Below are positions 30,259-39,812 of a DNA stretch of 58,387 nucleotides, in pieces. The stretch lies in sequence record MF476925.1. One strand, 5' to 3'. Numbering within the stretch: the stretch's first letter is position 1; the number at the start of each line of letters is the position of its first letter. Source of the DNA: Klebsiella phage YMC16/01/N133_KPN_BP. The translations under genes and the position numbers were made by a program. Under the pieces are notes generated by a model, which was not told the origin of the DNA, searched no databases, and saw only the letters and a program-made list of their open reading frames with translations.

Positions 30259-31104
30259 ATGGCCTACGATGATATCGAGGACAGCGTAGATAACGGCGAA
30301 CCGCTGTTCTTCTACGAGTTTATCTACGACGTGGCGCCTGGCGCCGCGTATCGCTACGTGGCGGACACCCAGCGACGGGTGATGAGCGGCAAGGTCTGGC
30401 AACCCTTCGCCATCAAGCACGATGAGATCACGGTATCCGGGTCCCTCGATAAGCAGACGCTGACAGTTACCGCGCGCAACGACATCGCCATCACCGCGCT
30501 GTACATCGCCGGCTCCCCCAGCCGCGAGGTGCAGGTCAATATCTGGCGCGGTCATGCGGACACCACTGACATCGTCATGGAGTGGACCGGGCGCCTGCTG
30601 AACTGCGCCTGGAAAGGTCCGGACATCGAGATGTCGTGCGAGTCGCTAAGTACGGCGCTGACGGCGATCGGGCTGCGCAGGAAATACCAGCGCGGTTGCC
30701 CGCATACCCTCTACGGCAAAGCCTGCAGGGCCTCACGGCTGGCGCATACAGAGAACGGCACGGTCACCACGGTCAACAACAAACTGGACGTCAACGTCAC
30801 GCTCTCCGGAGCGGAGACAGGATTCACCGCCAGCAATCTCATTGGCGGCGTTTTCCGGGCGACTGTCGACAGCGGCATTACCGAGATCCGGGCTATCACA
30901 GGCGCCACACTGATCGGTGGCAGGCAGTGGCGTCTCTCGCTGATGTCGCAAATCCCGGAGGTCAGAACCGGGCTGGCGGTCTCCGTCTCTAAAGGGTGCC
31001 CGCATACCTTCGATGCGTGCCGGGATACTTTCCAGAACGCAGCTAACTATGGCGGATGTGCTAATATCCCCGAGAAGAACCCGTTCACCAATAATCAGTT
31101 CTAA
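30259..31104 (+). CDS. Minor tail protein L-like (DUF2163/BR0599 family) with paired Cys motifs (putative Fe-S)
   Basis: 281 aa. Two CPHT(L/F)xxxC motifs (CPHTLYGKAC, CPHTFDAC). Lambda-L/GTA hub position. Confidence 0.55.
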   Translation: MAYDDIEDSVDNGEPLFFYEFIYDVAPGAAYRYVADTQRRVMSGKVWQPFAIKHDEITVSGSLDKQTLTVTARNDIAITALYIAGSPSREVQVNIWRGHADTTDIVMEWTGRLLNCAWKGPDIEMSCESLSTALTAIGLRRKYQRGCPHTLYGKACRASRLAHTENGTVTTVNNKLDVNVTLSGAETGFTASNLIGGVFRATVDSGITEIRAITGATLIGGRQWRLSLMSQIPEVRTGLAVSVSKGCPHTFDACRDTFQNAANYGGCANIPEKNPFTNNQF

Positions 31105-31121
31105 AGTATTGAGGTGCTTTT

Positions 31122-31346
31122 ATGCCCGCCATTATTGTCCAGATCATTGTTGCTGTCGTTTTGTCACTTGCGTCTTACATGCTGTCGCGCAAGAAGCAGC
31201 AGTCAAACAACATCAAGGCGCAGGACTTAACTACGCCCACTGTCGACGCGGGTCGCTCGATCCCCGTGGTCTTTGGCCGGGTGCGCGTGAAGTCCCCCAA
31301 CTTGCTCTGGATGGGCGGCAACCGCTCTAAGGCAATCAAAAAATGA
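31122..31346 (+). CDS. Small membrane protein (tail region)
   Basis: 74 aa. N-terminal TM segment IIVQIIVAVVLSLASYML. Confidence 0.3.
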   Translation: MPAIIVQIIVAVVLSLASYMLSRKKQQSNNIKAQDLTTPTVDAGRSIPVVFGRVRVKSPNLLWMGGNRSKAIKK

Positions 31347-31564
31347 CGGATATCCTTGTTCTTCCCTGTGACCTGGCCCCAGTGGGCCTGTGTCTGGCCG
31401 GGGCCCGTCGGTGGTGCTCTGCCAATAACGTGGACTTCAAACAGTTCATTGACGAAGGCATTCCTGTAACGGTGCTCCGCGCCACCGGGTGCCCTCTGGC
31501 TGAGCGCGCATGTCAGGCCGCAGAAGAGCGAGTGCGCCAGGAGGTAGATAGTGGGCAGCAGTAA
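31343..31564 (+). CDS. Hypothetical small tail-region protein
   Basis: 73 aa. Overlaps both neighbours. Confidence 0.3.
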   Translation: MTDILVLPCDLAPVGLCLAGARRWCSANNVDFKQFIDEGIPVTVLRATGCPLAERACQAAEERVRQEVDSGQQ

Positions 31565-33818
31565 GAAAAAATCGACAGTCGGTTACAAGTATTACACGAC
31601 ACTGCATTTCGCGATCTGCCACGGCCCGGTGAACTCGATTCGGTCGATTTGGTGGTCTGATAAGGTCGCCTGGCAGGACTCATGGGTACAGGGCCCTGGC
31701 GACCCCGTGATGTGGAATTTCAAAAATGAAAGTATGTTCGGCGGAGATGACTCCGAGGGCGGTGCATCCGGTAGGGTGGAATTTGGCTTTGGTACTGCGG
31801 ACCAGACGATGCACGGCGTACTGCCGAACGGTACCTATGACCCGGCGCAGATGACTAAGGCCGCACTGGGGGTCGACAGCCCGGCGTTTCCATCAATGGC
31901 GATCAACTACCGTGGCCTCTGCGTGCTGTTTATGCACGACAACTATATTGGCAACAACGCCTACCTGAAAGACCTGTCTGTCGAGGTGGAGCGCTACTGG
32001 ACCGGCTGGCAACCTGGTCTGGCGCGCATCGGCGACAACATGAACCCGGCGCACATTATTTATGAATGCCTGACCAACGAAGAATGGGGTCTCGGATACG
32101 ACTCCAGCGTTATTGATGATGAGGCCTTCACGGCCTCTGCGCAGACCCTCTACAACGAGGGTTTCGGCCTTTCCTTCGTCTGGGACAGCGACCAGGACAT
32201 CTACGACTTCGTGGACCAGGTGCGCTCCTGCATCGAGGCGGCGTTCTACCTGAACCGGCGCACCGGCAAATACACCCTGAAGCTCATCCGCGCTGGCGCT
32301 ACGCCGAAGCTGACGGTCAGCCCGTCCAACGCTACGCTGGAGTCCTTCAGCCGTAAGGCAATGGGTGAAACGTCCAACGAAATTTCCGTCACCTGGCGCA
32401 ACCCGAACAACGAGGAAGACGAGACCGTCACTGTTCAGGACGTAGCGAACATTGAGGCGCAGGGCCGCGTTATCCAGACCGCGAAGGAATATATCGGCGT
32501 CCGTTCCGCGGCGCTGGCGACAACGCTGGCACAGCGAGACCTGCAGACGATCTCCGCCCAGCTGTCTGCTGCCGAAGTAGTGGTGAACCGGCAGGCGTGG
32601 GATCTGATGCCCGGAGACGTCGTGACACTAAACTGGCCTCCGCTGGGTATCTCGGACCTGCAGATGCGCGTCACTGAAGCGGCGCAGAGCGAACCGGGCT
32701 CTGACTCCATCCGGTTGCAGCTCGGCGAGGATATCTTCGGCCGTGCCAGCGGCTCGTTCTCCGGCGTGCAGGACCCCGGCTGGGTCGACCCGGCTTCACC
32801 GCCGACGCTCTTCCCGTTCACGCTGCCGTGGGAGTACCCTTATCCCTACGTCGTCAATTATATGGAGCTGGACCCGTCCACGCTACCGGAAGACACGGCC
32901 TACGGTACCGACCTGGCAGCTGGTGGCGCCTCGTCCTCCCGCCGCTTGCGGCTGTACGGGCGGGTGACCACCGAGAATGGCCCGGCATGGGAAGTTCTCG
33001 ACACTGGTGCTGTCACCACCGTCAGCAAGCTGGCCTCTGCGCTGACCCGTGAGCTTACGTCTACGGCCGCCCTCGACGGCACGCAATCCTTCGACCTGGC
33101 TGCAGTGGATACCGACAGCTTCGTGGTGCTGAGCGACGGCACTCATCAGGAGATCGCGCAGGTGTCCGGCGACCCGGCTTCCGGGACTATCACACTAACC
33201 CGTGGCCTGATGGATACCCACCCGCGGCAATGGCCGGCGGGGACCATGTTGTGGTTCGTCGGGACTACCGGTTTCGTTAGCGATGTCACTCAGTGGTCAC
33301 GTGGGTCAGTCGGCCGATACAAGCCTAGTATGCAGACGCCGCAGGGCTTCTTCGACCCTGACAGCATCCCGGAAGACACCATCACGTTCCGCAGCCGCTT
33401 CTCCCTGCCGTACTCTGTGGCGAATGTGACTGTGGAGGGGAGCTACTGGCCGGCGACCGTGACGATGGCGCAAGGGGACTTCCTGTTCAGCGTCGACTGG
33501 TCCACCCGTAACCGCCTGCTGCAGGACTCACCGGTTCAGGTTCCGTGGGGTGCCGGCAGCATCTCGCCGGAGGAAGGAACTACCTTTGTCGCCGAACTGT
33601 GGCAGGGCTCTACTCTTGTAGCCACCAGCGGCGAGGTAACAGGGACACACGCTGATATTCCGTTGTATGGCGTAGCCAGCGGCACGTATACTCTCAGGGT
33701 GTACAGCCTGCGCGGCGGTTATCGTAACTACATTGACTATGAGCACACATTCAATCTGGTAGCGCCTGCGGCGAACACAGGATATGGGAATGGCTATGGC
33801 TTTGGTTATGGCGTATAG
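31551..33818 (+). CDS. Central tail fiber / host specificity protein J-like
   Basis: 755 aa. N-terminus MGSSKKKSTVGYKYY compared with lambda J MGKGSSKGHTPREAK. Position after L-like. Confidence 0.6.
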   Translation: MGSSKKKSTVGYKYYTTLHFAICHGPVNSIRSIWWSDKVAWQDSWVQGPGDPVMWNFKNESMFGGDDSEGGASGRVEFGFGTADQTMHGVLPNGTYDPAQMTKAALGVDSPAFPSMAINYRGLCVLFMHDNYIGNNAYLKDLSVEVERYWTGWQPGLARIGDNMNPAHIIYECLTNEEWGLGYDSSVIDDEAFTASAQTLYNEGFGLSFVWDSDQDIYDFVDQVRSCIEAAFYLNRRTGKYTLKLIRAGATPKLTVSPSNATLESFSRKAMGETSNEISVTWRNPNNEEDETVTVQDVANIEAQGRVIQTAKEYIGVRSAALATTLAQRDLQTISAQLSAAEVVVNRQAWDLMPGDVVTLNWPPLGISDLQMRVTEAAQSEPGSDSIRLQLGEDIFGRASGSFSGVQDPGWVDPASPPTLFPFTLPWEYPYPYVVNYMELDPSTLPEDTAYGTDLAAGGASSSRRLRLYGRVTTENGPAWEVLDTGAVTTVSKLASALTRELTSTAALDGTQSFDLAAVDTDSFVVLSDGTHQEIAQVSGDPASGTITLTRGLMDTHPRQWPAGTMLWFVGTTGFVSDVTQWSRGSVGRYKPSMQTPQGFFDPDSIPEDTITFRSRFSLPYSVANVTVEGSYWPATVTMAQGDFLFSVDWSTRNRLLQDSPVQVPWGAGSISPEEGTTFVAELWQGSTLVATSGEVTGTHADIPLYGVASGTYTLRVYSLRGGYRNYIDYEHTFNLVAPAANTGYGNGYGFGYGV

Positions 33819-33844
33819 TTCAACCAATATTTGATTATTCAACT
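33817..33844 (+). promoter_or_regulatory. Direct repeat GTTCAAC-N12-ATTCAAC (19-bp periodicity) upstream of the fiber gene
   Basis: TTCAAC at 33819 and 33838. ATG at 33854. Confidence 0.45.
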
Positions 33845-33853
33845 GAGGGTATC

Positions 33854-34633
33854 ATGGCGGCGAAACAAGATCCTGTCCTCGGCCTTAACTACGGCTGGCT
33901 ACTCGGCGAAGACAACTGGAACACCGGGATGGACGCCAACCTTAAAAAGCTGGGCGCCCTTGTGATGGGCGCCGCAGCCTCGGTAGCTAATACGCCGGCG
34001 GTCACATCCAATGGCGCCAGGTATATCGTGGGGGCTTCACCGACTGGTGACTTTGCCGGTCAGTCCAACAAGCTCGCCGTGCGCATCGAGGGAGCCTGGC
34101 AGTTCTATGCGCCTGCAGCAGGCTGGGCGGTGTTCGACCTGTCGGTGTCCCGCTATCGCATCTTCAATGGTACTACCTGGGCGCTGGAGAAGGCCGTCAT
34201 TGACGCACGCAGCTTCCTGGAAGCGGCTAACCCGGGCTCGTGGACGTTCCCGACGGCAACCTGGATGAAGGTGCCACTGTACACGGTAACCACCGACACC
34301 GCGAATGCGTGGGATACCTCGACCAACACAGACTATGTCGTACCTGCGGACGGGATGTATCAGGTGGATGCAATAGTACGCCCGATCCGTTCTGGCACAG
34401 GGGCACTGCCAGACAGCACCTCTCTGGCAGTAGGCGTTGGCACGACTGCTGCAGACTCAAAAGACGTTGTCTGGGGCGCCGGCCTCGCGACAGCACTCCC
34501 ATTTTCGCTGGCGGTCTCCCGGGTCCTCCGCTGTGCTGCGGGGGACCGGCTATCCCTGTTCGCCCGTCACGCGGCTGCGGGCGCGGTAGGGATGGCATTT
34601 GCCAGCCTGACCATTCTCAATCTTTCGGAATAA
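33854..34633 (+). CDS. Tail fiber protein, DUF2793-like N-terminus (LGLNYGW) with jelly-roll (C1q-like) C-terminal domain
   Basis: 259 aa. NYGW motif typical of DUF2793 tail-fiber proteins. Confidence 0.45.
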   Translation: MAAKQDPVLGLNYGWLLGEDNWNTGMDANLKKLGALVMGAAASVANTPAVTSNGARYIVGASPTGDFAGQSNKLAVRIEGAWQFYAPAAGWAVFDLSVSRYRIFNGTTWALEKAVIDARSFLEAANPGSWTFPTATWMKVPLYTVTTDTANAWDTSTNTDYVVPADGMYQVDAIVRPIRSGTGALPDSTSLAVGVGTTAADSKDVVWGAGLATALPFSLAVSRVLRCAAGDRLSLFARHAAAGAVGMAFASLTILNLSE

Positions 34634-34643
34634 CGAGGGGATC

Positions 34644-37253
34644 ATGGCTGATTACAATGAGCTGTACAATGAAATGAAGGAAGCAGTGGGAGACTTGTCC
34701 GCGTCTTCCGTAGAAATGAAAGGTATGCTAACAGCGGGAGAGGATACCGACGTCAACGTCGAAGGGTACGGCCCGAAGCCTTCCTTCAGCAAACAGATAA
34801 AAGAGCTGGTGGTCGGGAAGTCGGAAGGTATATTCCGGCTATATGCGACACTAGCCGACGCACAGGCGGACATTGCTAATACTCCAGTTGGGTCTGTAAC
34901 CTATGTCCGGGGGTCCGATAGCACCTCCCTGGCCGATGAGTACATCAACAATGGCGGCACCCTAACTGCGACCGGACGGACGATGCCATCCGGGGTCGCC
35001 GTTGAGATCATGTCCGCTACCGTCCAGCGTTTAATGACGGCTTTGCACGTTATGGCGGAGGGCGACGCCGGTTCGGTTTCAGGTATTGACAGCAGCGATA
35101 CTGTGCAGGGCTTGATGACCGGATTCAACGTACTGGCGGAGTCCTTTAATAACCTTTCAGTGGAAAGTCAGAAAAATGCCTCCGGCCTGTCCGCCCTGGT
35201 CTCATCCGTCCAGATCTGCACTGAAGCACTGAATACGCTGGCGGCCCGGGTCGTGACCCCAGACGGCGCGTCGCAGTACGACTATATGGCATTTTCCACG
35301 CCCGGTACCGTCAACGCCAGTAACGGGACGTTCGGGGGCAACACCCAATACCGCAGAACCGGGATGATCCCGGTTCGCAAGGGCGACGTTGTGCGCCTCA
35401 CCGTTCACACCGCAACGACAGTCGCAGGCCACGCCGCCGCATTATATGACACAGCGGGAACATATGTGGGACCCCTGGGGATCATGTGCGGGACGTATGC
35501 GGCGTATAAGGCGCGGTATTACCAGTGTGAAATTACCCAGGATGGATTTGTTGTCGCAAACACGCTGGACCAGAGCGCGTCCCCTTCTGCAGATGTAACT
35601 GGTGCGTCACTGACGATTGACCATCGTCTTCGTGGCCGGGAAGCAGACACGGTTATTAAGCTGACAAAGTCTGATTTGGTCCCGGTCCGCCTGGATAACG
35701 GGAACATCAACGCCAGTTCACTCACCCAGGACGGAATCGTTAACTATTCCACCGGGCTATACTCCTGTGTGGGCGGCAGACTCCTGTTTAGCGGGTTGCC
35801 TGTGGCCTCATCTCCCGGCCAGAGCAGCAGTCTCTACAACGTCGTGTTTTATGATGCCGCCAAGACTCTGATCGCATATCGTCCTGTCTTCTCCAGTTCG
35901 GGATATGTGATTATCCCTGAAAATGCCGCGTACTGGGCGCAGCAGATAATCACCGACAGAACGCCCAACTGGTCCGAGGTCTCGATAGTTTACTACAACT
36001 ACGTCTACAAGGATGAGCTACACAAGCTGCTGTCGTCAGAACGCGAGCGCCTCGGACTGAACTATCCCAACGAATATTGGCTGCAGGATTTCAGCGGCGC
36101 TACCGATATTGAGTGGATCCAGAACGCAATGGACTGGGTGCATGATGCTGGCGGCGGGTGGTTGATAATATCATCCGATTATGTAAAGCGGCAGTTCATC
36201 ATCTCCGAAGCGGTTATCCACCGCAGCAATGTGTGGGTAGTTCTCGATGGTGTCGAGATTAAGCTGCAGGACGGCGTGCATGACAATCTGTTTCGTGCGG
36301 CAGGGGTTATTGTCAACCCTGCCGACCCGTTTGGTCTGTGCCTGGACCTGGAAATTACGGACAATGTCCGCCTGATTGGTACGGGATATCCGAAGTTAAG
36401 TGGTGCCGATGTGCCGTATTATGCGGATATCCCCGCAGGAACCGGGCCGCGCTACTGGATCGGCGACGAATATGGATGGCGCGGCACCGGGCTGATTTAT
36501 TACGGCACGCAGAACTTCGAGATTGGCGGCTTCAAACTCCAGAACGTAAAAAACTGGGGGACTGATTTCGGGTACGGTTCTAAAAATGGCTATATCCACG
36601 ATATCGACCTGTGGCAGCCGAACAAAAACGGCGACGGCATCCACTTCACTAACGGGGCCAGTCATATGCGCGTCCGTCAGATTTTCGGCTATGCGCGCGA
36701 CGACTGCCTAGCTATGGTTAATAGCGACGACTCCCTGGTTTACGGCCCGGACAAAGTCCCGACACCGGGGTCAATTCGCCAGTGGATCTACCCTACATGT
36801 CCATTCTGGTATGGTTGGGCGGGAAATGAGGCCGTGGGGACCAGTAACGACATCCACGATATCGTTGCTACGAATATCGGGTTAACCGGTAACGAGCAGG
36901 TCAGCACCATTCTGACCACGCAGTTTAAAATCTACAACGTGACAATCAGCGGTATCAGCAGCGTCAACTATATGACTCCAGGCCGGGGCTGGGATGAAGT
37001 TAATGCGATTCTGAAATCGTATGCGGCATTTGGTGACGGCTCCAGGTATCAGGCAGGTAATGTCAGCAATATCCGGATTAACAACATCATTGAGTGCGCA
37101 TCAAAAAATTACAGTATCGATATAACGCTGGAAGGGCGGGATATCCGCATCAACAGGTATATGAAACTGGACACCCGTGCGAAAACAAAAGGCGCGCTGA
37201 ATATCAGCAGCTCGGCGGCCCCGAATGTAACAACCTCTAACATCGTGGAATAA
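34644..37253 (+). CDS. Tailspike with right-handed beta-helix (pectate-lyase fold) polysaccharide depolymerase domain
   Basis: 869 aa. Central region rich in repeated G/N/D turns (IGTGYPKLSG...GGFKLQNVKNWGTDFGYGSKNGYIHDIDL...) typical of capsule depolymerases. Confidence 0.6.
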   Translation: MADYNELYNEMKEAVGDLSASSVEMKGMLTAGEDTDVNVEGYGPKPSFSKQIKELVVGKSEGIFRLYATLADAQADIANTPVGSVTYVRGSDSTSLADEYINNGGTLTATGRTMPSGVAVEIMSATVQRLMTALHVMAEGDAGSVSGIDSSDTVQGLMTGFNVLAESFNNLSVESQKNASGLSALVSSVQICTEALNTLAARVVTPDGASQYDYMAFSTPGTVNASNGTFGGNTQYRRTGMIPVRKGDVVRLTVHTATTVAGHAAALYDTAGTYVGPLGIMCGTYAAYKARYYQCEITQDGFVVANTLDQSASPSADVTGASLTIDHRLRGREADTVIKLTKSDLVPVRLDNGNINASSLTQDGIVNYSTGLYSCVGGRLLFSGLPVASSPGQSSSLYNVVFYDAAKTLIAYRPVFSSSGYVIIPENAAYWAQQIITDRTPNWSEVSIVYYNYVYKDELHKLLSSERERLGLNYPNEYWLQDFSGATDIEWIQNAMDWVHDAGGGWLIISSDYVKRQFIISEAVIHRSNVWVVLDGVEIKLQDGVHDNLFRAAGVIVNPADPFGLCLDLEITDNVRLIGTGYPKLSGADVPYYADIPAGTGPRYWIGDEYGWRGTGLIYYGTQNFEIGGFKLQNVKNWGTDFGYGSKNGYIHDIDLWQPNKNGDGIHFTNGASHMRVRQIFGYARDDCLAMVNSDDSLVYGPDKVPTPGSIRQWIYPTCPFWYGWAGNEAVGTSNDIHDIVATNIGLTGNEQVSTILTTQFKIYNVTISGISSVNYMTPGRGWDEVNAILKSYAAFGDGSRYQAGNVSNIRINNIIECASKNYSIDITLEGRDIRINRYMKLDTRAKTKGALNISSSAAPNVTTSNIVE

Positions 37254-37257
37254 ACAG

Positions 37258-38352
37258 ATGACTATATTGATTCAGGATTCATTACGTCGCGCCGTTGAAG
37301 CGGCCTCCCGCGGTGCGCAGACCGTGCTTTATACCCGATCTGGCGACCCGTCGTTTGTGAATATCATCCCCAAGTTTGACGTCAGCACGATTGATGCTTC
37401 GCTGGGATCAGGAACACACCCGGCGTTTATCATTAACGGCACCGAGGTTGACCAGATTTTCGTTGGCACCTACCCCGGCTGTATTGTTAACGGCCAACTG
37501 CTGTCCCTTCCGGACCGGATACCCGCCACGTCGGTGGCCTATGATACGGGCATCGGTCTCGCCCGGGCGGCCGGCATCGGCTGGCACGCCATGACAAACG
37601 CGGAATGGGCGGCAATCGCTTTGTTGTGCTATGCACAGGGGCAATCACCGCGCGGCAATACCAACTGGGGGCTGTCATCGGATAACCCCAGCGAGAAGGG
37701 GCGGCGGGCAGACGGGCTGGCCGCCGGGACCGAATCCGGAACGGGTCTGACGCTGACCGGCTCCGGTCCTGTCAGCTGGCGGCACAACCGCGACTATGCA
37801 GGCATTGCAGACCTGGCAGGCAACATTTGGGAGACCGTTACCGGGGTCCGTTTCTGCGGTGGCGAGCTGCAGATAATGGTCAATAACGACGCCGCGCTTT
37901 ACACCACCGACCACACGTTATCCTCAACGGCATGGAAAGCCGTTAGTGGTGTGGATGGGTCTCTTCTTACGCCGACTGGCACCGGAACGCCGGGAACAGG
38001 TTCATATGTTCCAACCACACCTAACTCAGTTCGTATCGGCCTTTCGGGGACCGGGAATTACACACTGATTTATGGTGAAAATACGCTGTTCACCAGTGCC
38101 ACGAACCCCGGGGCTACGCCGGTATCCGATGTCGCGCTAAGGGTGCTGCGCCGACTGATGTTGTTCCCGCTGCCGGGTCTGATTTCCGACGACTCCTTAT
38201 CGTATAAAGCGGGCGGGGAGGTCATGACACTCCGCGGCGGGGCGTATACCAACGGGGCTGGCGGGGGCATCAACGCGCTACTCGCTAACCGTGGACGTAC
38301 TTCAGTTGGTCGATCTAACTCTGGTGTCCGTCCTGTTTACTACAAGCCTTGA
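37258..38352 (+). CDS. Tail fiber / receptor-binding protein with FGE-sulfatase (DUF1566-like) type domain
   Basis: 364 aa. GIGWHAMTNAEWAAIALL resembles the lectin-like FGE/SUMF1 fold seen in some phage fibers. Tentative. Confidence 0.35.
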   Translation: MTILIQDSLRRAVEAASRGAQTVLYTRSGDPSFVNIIPKFDVSTIDASLGSGTHPAFIINGTEVDQIFVGTYPGCIVNGQLLSLPDRIPATSVAYDTGIGLARAAGIGWHAMTNAEWAAIALLCYAQGQSPRGNTNWGLSSDNPSEKGRRADGLAAGTESGTGLTLTGSGPVSWRHNRDYAGIADLAGNIWETVTGVRFCGGELQIMVNNDAALYTTDHTLSSTAWKAVSGVDGSLLTPTGTGTPGTGSYVPTTPNSVRIGLSGTGNYTLIYGENTLFTSATNPGATPVSDVALRVLRRLMLFPLPGLISDDSLSYKAGGEVMTLRGGAYTNGAGGGINALLANRGRTSVGRSNSGVRPVYYKP

Positions 38353-38357
38353 CATTA

Positions 38358-38385
38358 ATGCGCCATACGGCGCATTTCTTTCCTC
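38358..38385 (+). terminator. Rho-independent terminator after the fiber gene
   Basis: GCGCCATACGGCGC hairpin followed by ATTTCTTTCC. Confidence 0.55.
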
Positions 38386-38407
38386 TTTCCCGGCGTGGTG
38401 ACAGAAG

Positions 38408-38572
38408 ATGTTTATGAGGATTAGCTTTAAAAAGTCGAAATGGTCCCTCTTGTTATTTATTAAACTGATCACCGTGGCAATGTTGACTAATTTATTTGGT
38501 ATTGGATGGGGCCTTCTGGCTGTTGCGGTAGTGGAGTCTCTTCCATCCATCGAGATTAAGAGGTCGATGTGA
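38408..38572 (+). CDS. Small hydrophobic peptide (54 aa) in an AT-rich island: MFMRISFKKSKWSLLLFIKLITVAMLTNLFGIGWGLLAVAVVESLPSIEIKRSM
   Basis: Basic N-terminus plus one TM helix. AT-rich codons unlike the rest of the genome. Not in the ORF track because it is under 60 aa. Confidence 0.3.
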   Translation: MFMRISFKKSKWSLLLFIKLITVAMLTNLFGIGWGLLAVAVVESLPSIEIKRSM

Positions 38573-38667
38573 CCGCCTTCGGGTCCACGAAGGCTATCAC
38601 CCCCGATAATGGATGAGTCTAGCCGTGGCGTGGGTGCGGGGCCTAGTTTTTTTTGTCGTTACGGATA

Positions 38668-38735
38668 GTGGAAATTTCCACTGGAAGTGTCCAGAATAGT
38701 CCGAAGCGATCCGCTAACCGACTACAGGACTATTC
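38668..38735. promoter_or_regulatory. Cluster of palindromes upstream of the holin: GTGGAAATTTCCAC (38668-38681), CTGGA-N4-TCCAG, and 9-bp inverted repeat GAATAGTCC-N24-GGACTATTC (38694-38735)
   Basis: Directly seen. Ends 2 nt before the ATG at 38738. Confidence 0.5.
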
Positions 38736-38737
38736 TT

Positions 38738-39163
38738 ATGACTGATCCAGTTACCACCGGCACCACTCTGACGGCTGCGGCCGCCGGGGTCGGTGCCATC
38801 GGCTGGTGGGCCGGACTTGACCCGGGCACGGTCGTCGGTGCTTTCACCGGCGCCGTGTTTTTTGTTACCTATGCAAAAGAGCTGACGACCCGGGCGCGGT
38901 TCGGCTATGGCTTCGTCAGCTTTGTTTTCGGAATAGTCTGTGCGCAATGGTTTGCCGAGCTGCTATCGTGGGTAGTGAGCGCCTTCGTACCGGGTGACCA
39001 CAGCAAAGCACCCGTTCCCGTTGGCGCCGTGGTGGCCGCCACACTAGCGATCAGGATCCTCACGGCGATATCGACAAAGGAATTCAGCAACGCCGTTATT
39101 TCCCGGCTGCTGAGCTGGCTGCAGGCGGTCGTGGCTAAACCGAAGAACGGAGGGTCAGAATGA
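38738..39163 (+). CDS. Holin (multi-TM)
   Basis: 142 aa from the internal ATG. 3-4 predicted TM helices (AAGVGAIGWWAGL, VVGAFTGAVFFV, FVSFVFGIVCAQW, VGAVVAATLAI). Confidence 0.45.
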   Translation: MTDPVTTGTTLTAAAAGVGAIGWWAGLDPGTVVGAFTGAVFFVTYAKELTTRARFGYGFVSFVFGIVCAQWFAELLSWVVSAFVPGDHSKAPVPVGAVVAATLAIRILTAISTKEFSNAVISRLLSWLQAVVAKPKNGGSE

Positions 39164-39498
39164 ACGACCTTATCGCTTTTCATCAGGACCCGCTGGCACG
39201 CTGGCTGATCGTCCTGAATGCTATTGTCTGCTCTGTTATCGTTATCCGCCTGCTCACTTTTAAGCGCGATGGCGCCAAGCATAAGGCCTGGGGTGGTTTC
39301 CTGGCCTGGGCGCTCATCGTGCTCTATTCGTGGCGCCCCATCACTCTGGTAATGGAGATGATTCAGGGGCAGGTCCACATGGCAATCGACTGGACCCAAA
39401 TCGGGATAAACGTGGTGATGATGATCGCATTGCTGCGCCTGAAGGGTAACGTGATGCAGCTCTTCAAAATGGCCGGTACGCCCCGGCGACAACATTAA
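39160..39498 (+). CDS. Second holin/antiholin-like membrane protein
   Basis: 112 aa. Three hydrophobic segments. Overlaps the holin stop. Confidence 0.4.
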   Translation: MNDLIAFHQDPLARWLIVLNAIVCSVIVIRLLTFKRDGAKHKAWGGFLAWALIVLYSWRPITLVMEMIQGQVHMAIDWTQIGINVVMMIALLRLKGNVMQLFKMAGTPRRQH

Positions 39499-39518
39499 CG
39501 GCCTTCCGTGGCCGGGTG

Positions 39519-39812
39519 TTACTCGGCCGCGTCCGCCAGCTTATTCACCGCTTCCACCAACTCATCGTGGCTCATCGGCAGGATCTCGTAACTTGCGTCC
39601 GTGACCTTGAACATCCGATCGCTCGGCTTCCCTTTGCTGTCCATCCTTCGGTACATCAGTCCGAAAGCACCATTGACATAAACTTCCCCCAACGCTGGCC
39701 CACGAGCGAACACGCAGAATTGGGTGCCTGCCCGGTAACGTATGCTGTGGGTGCGAAGGCCGGCCACTTCAGCGCCGTTCACACCAGTCAAGGTGCTGCC
39801 ATTAATATTCAT
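39519..39812 (-). CDS. Hypothetical protein (last gene of the leftward early operon)
   Basis: 97 aa. ATGA-coupled to the upstream gene. Confidence 0.4.
   Translation of the reverse strand: MNINGSTLTGVNGAEVAGLRTHSIRYRAGTQFCVFARGPALGEVYVNGAFGLMYRRMDSKGKPSDRMFKVTDASYEILPMSHDELVEAVNKLADAAE

Noticed and set aside
38687-38737. Longer holin ORF starting at 38687 (MSRIVRSD...)
   Set aside because: The extension covers the palindromic operator-like region. The internal Met at 38738 gives a canonical holin N-terminus.
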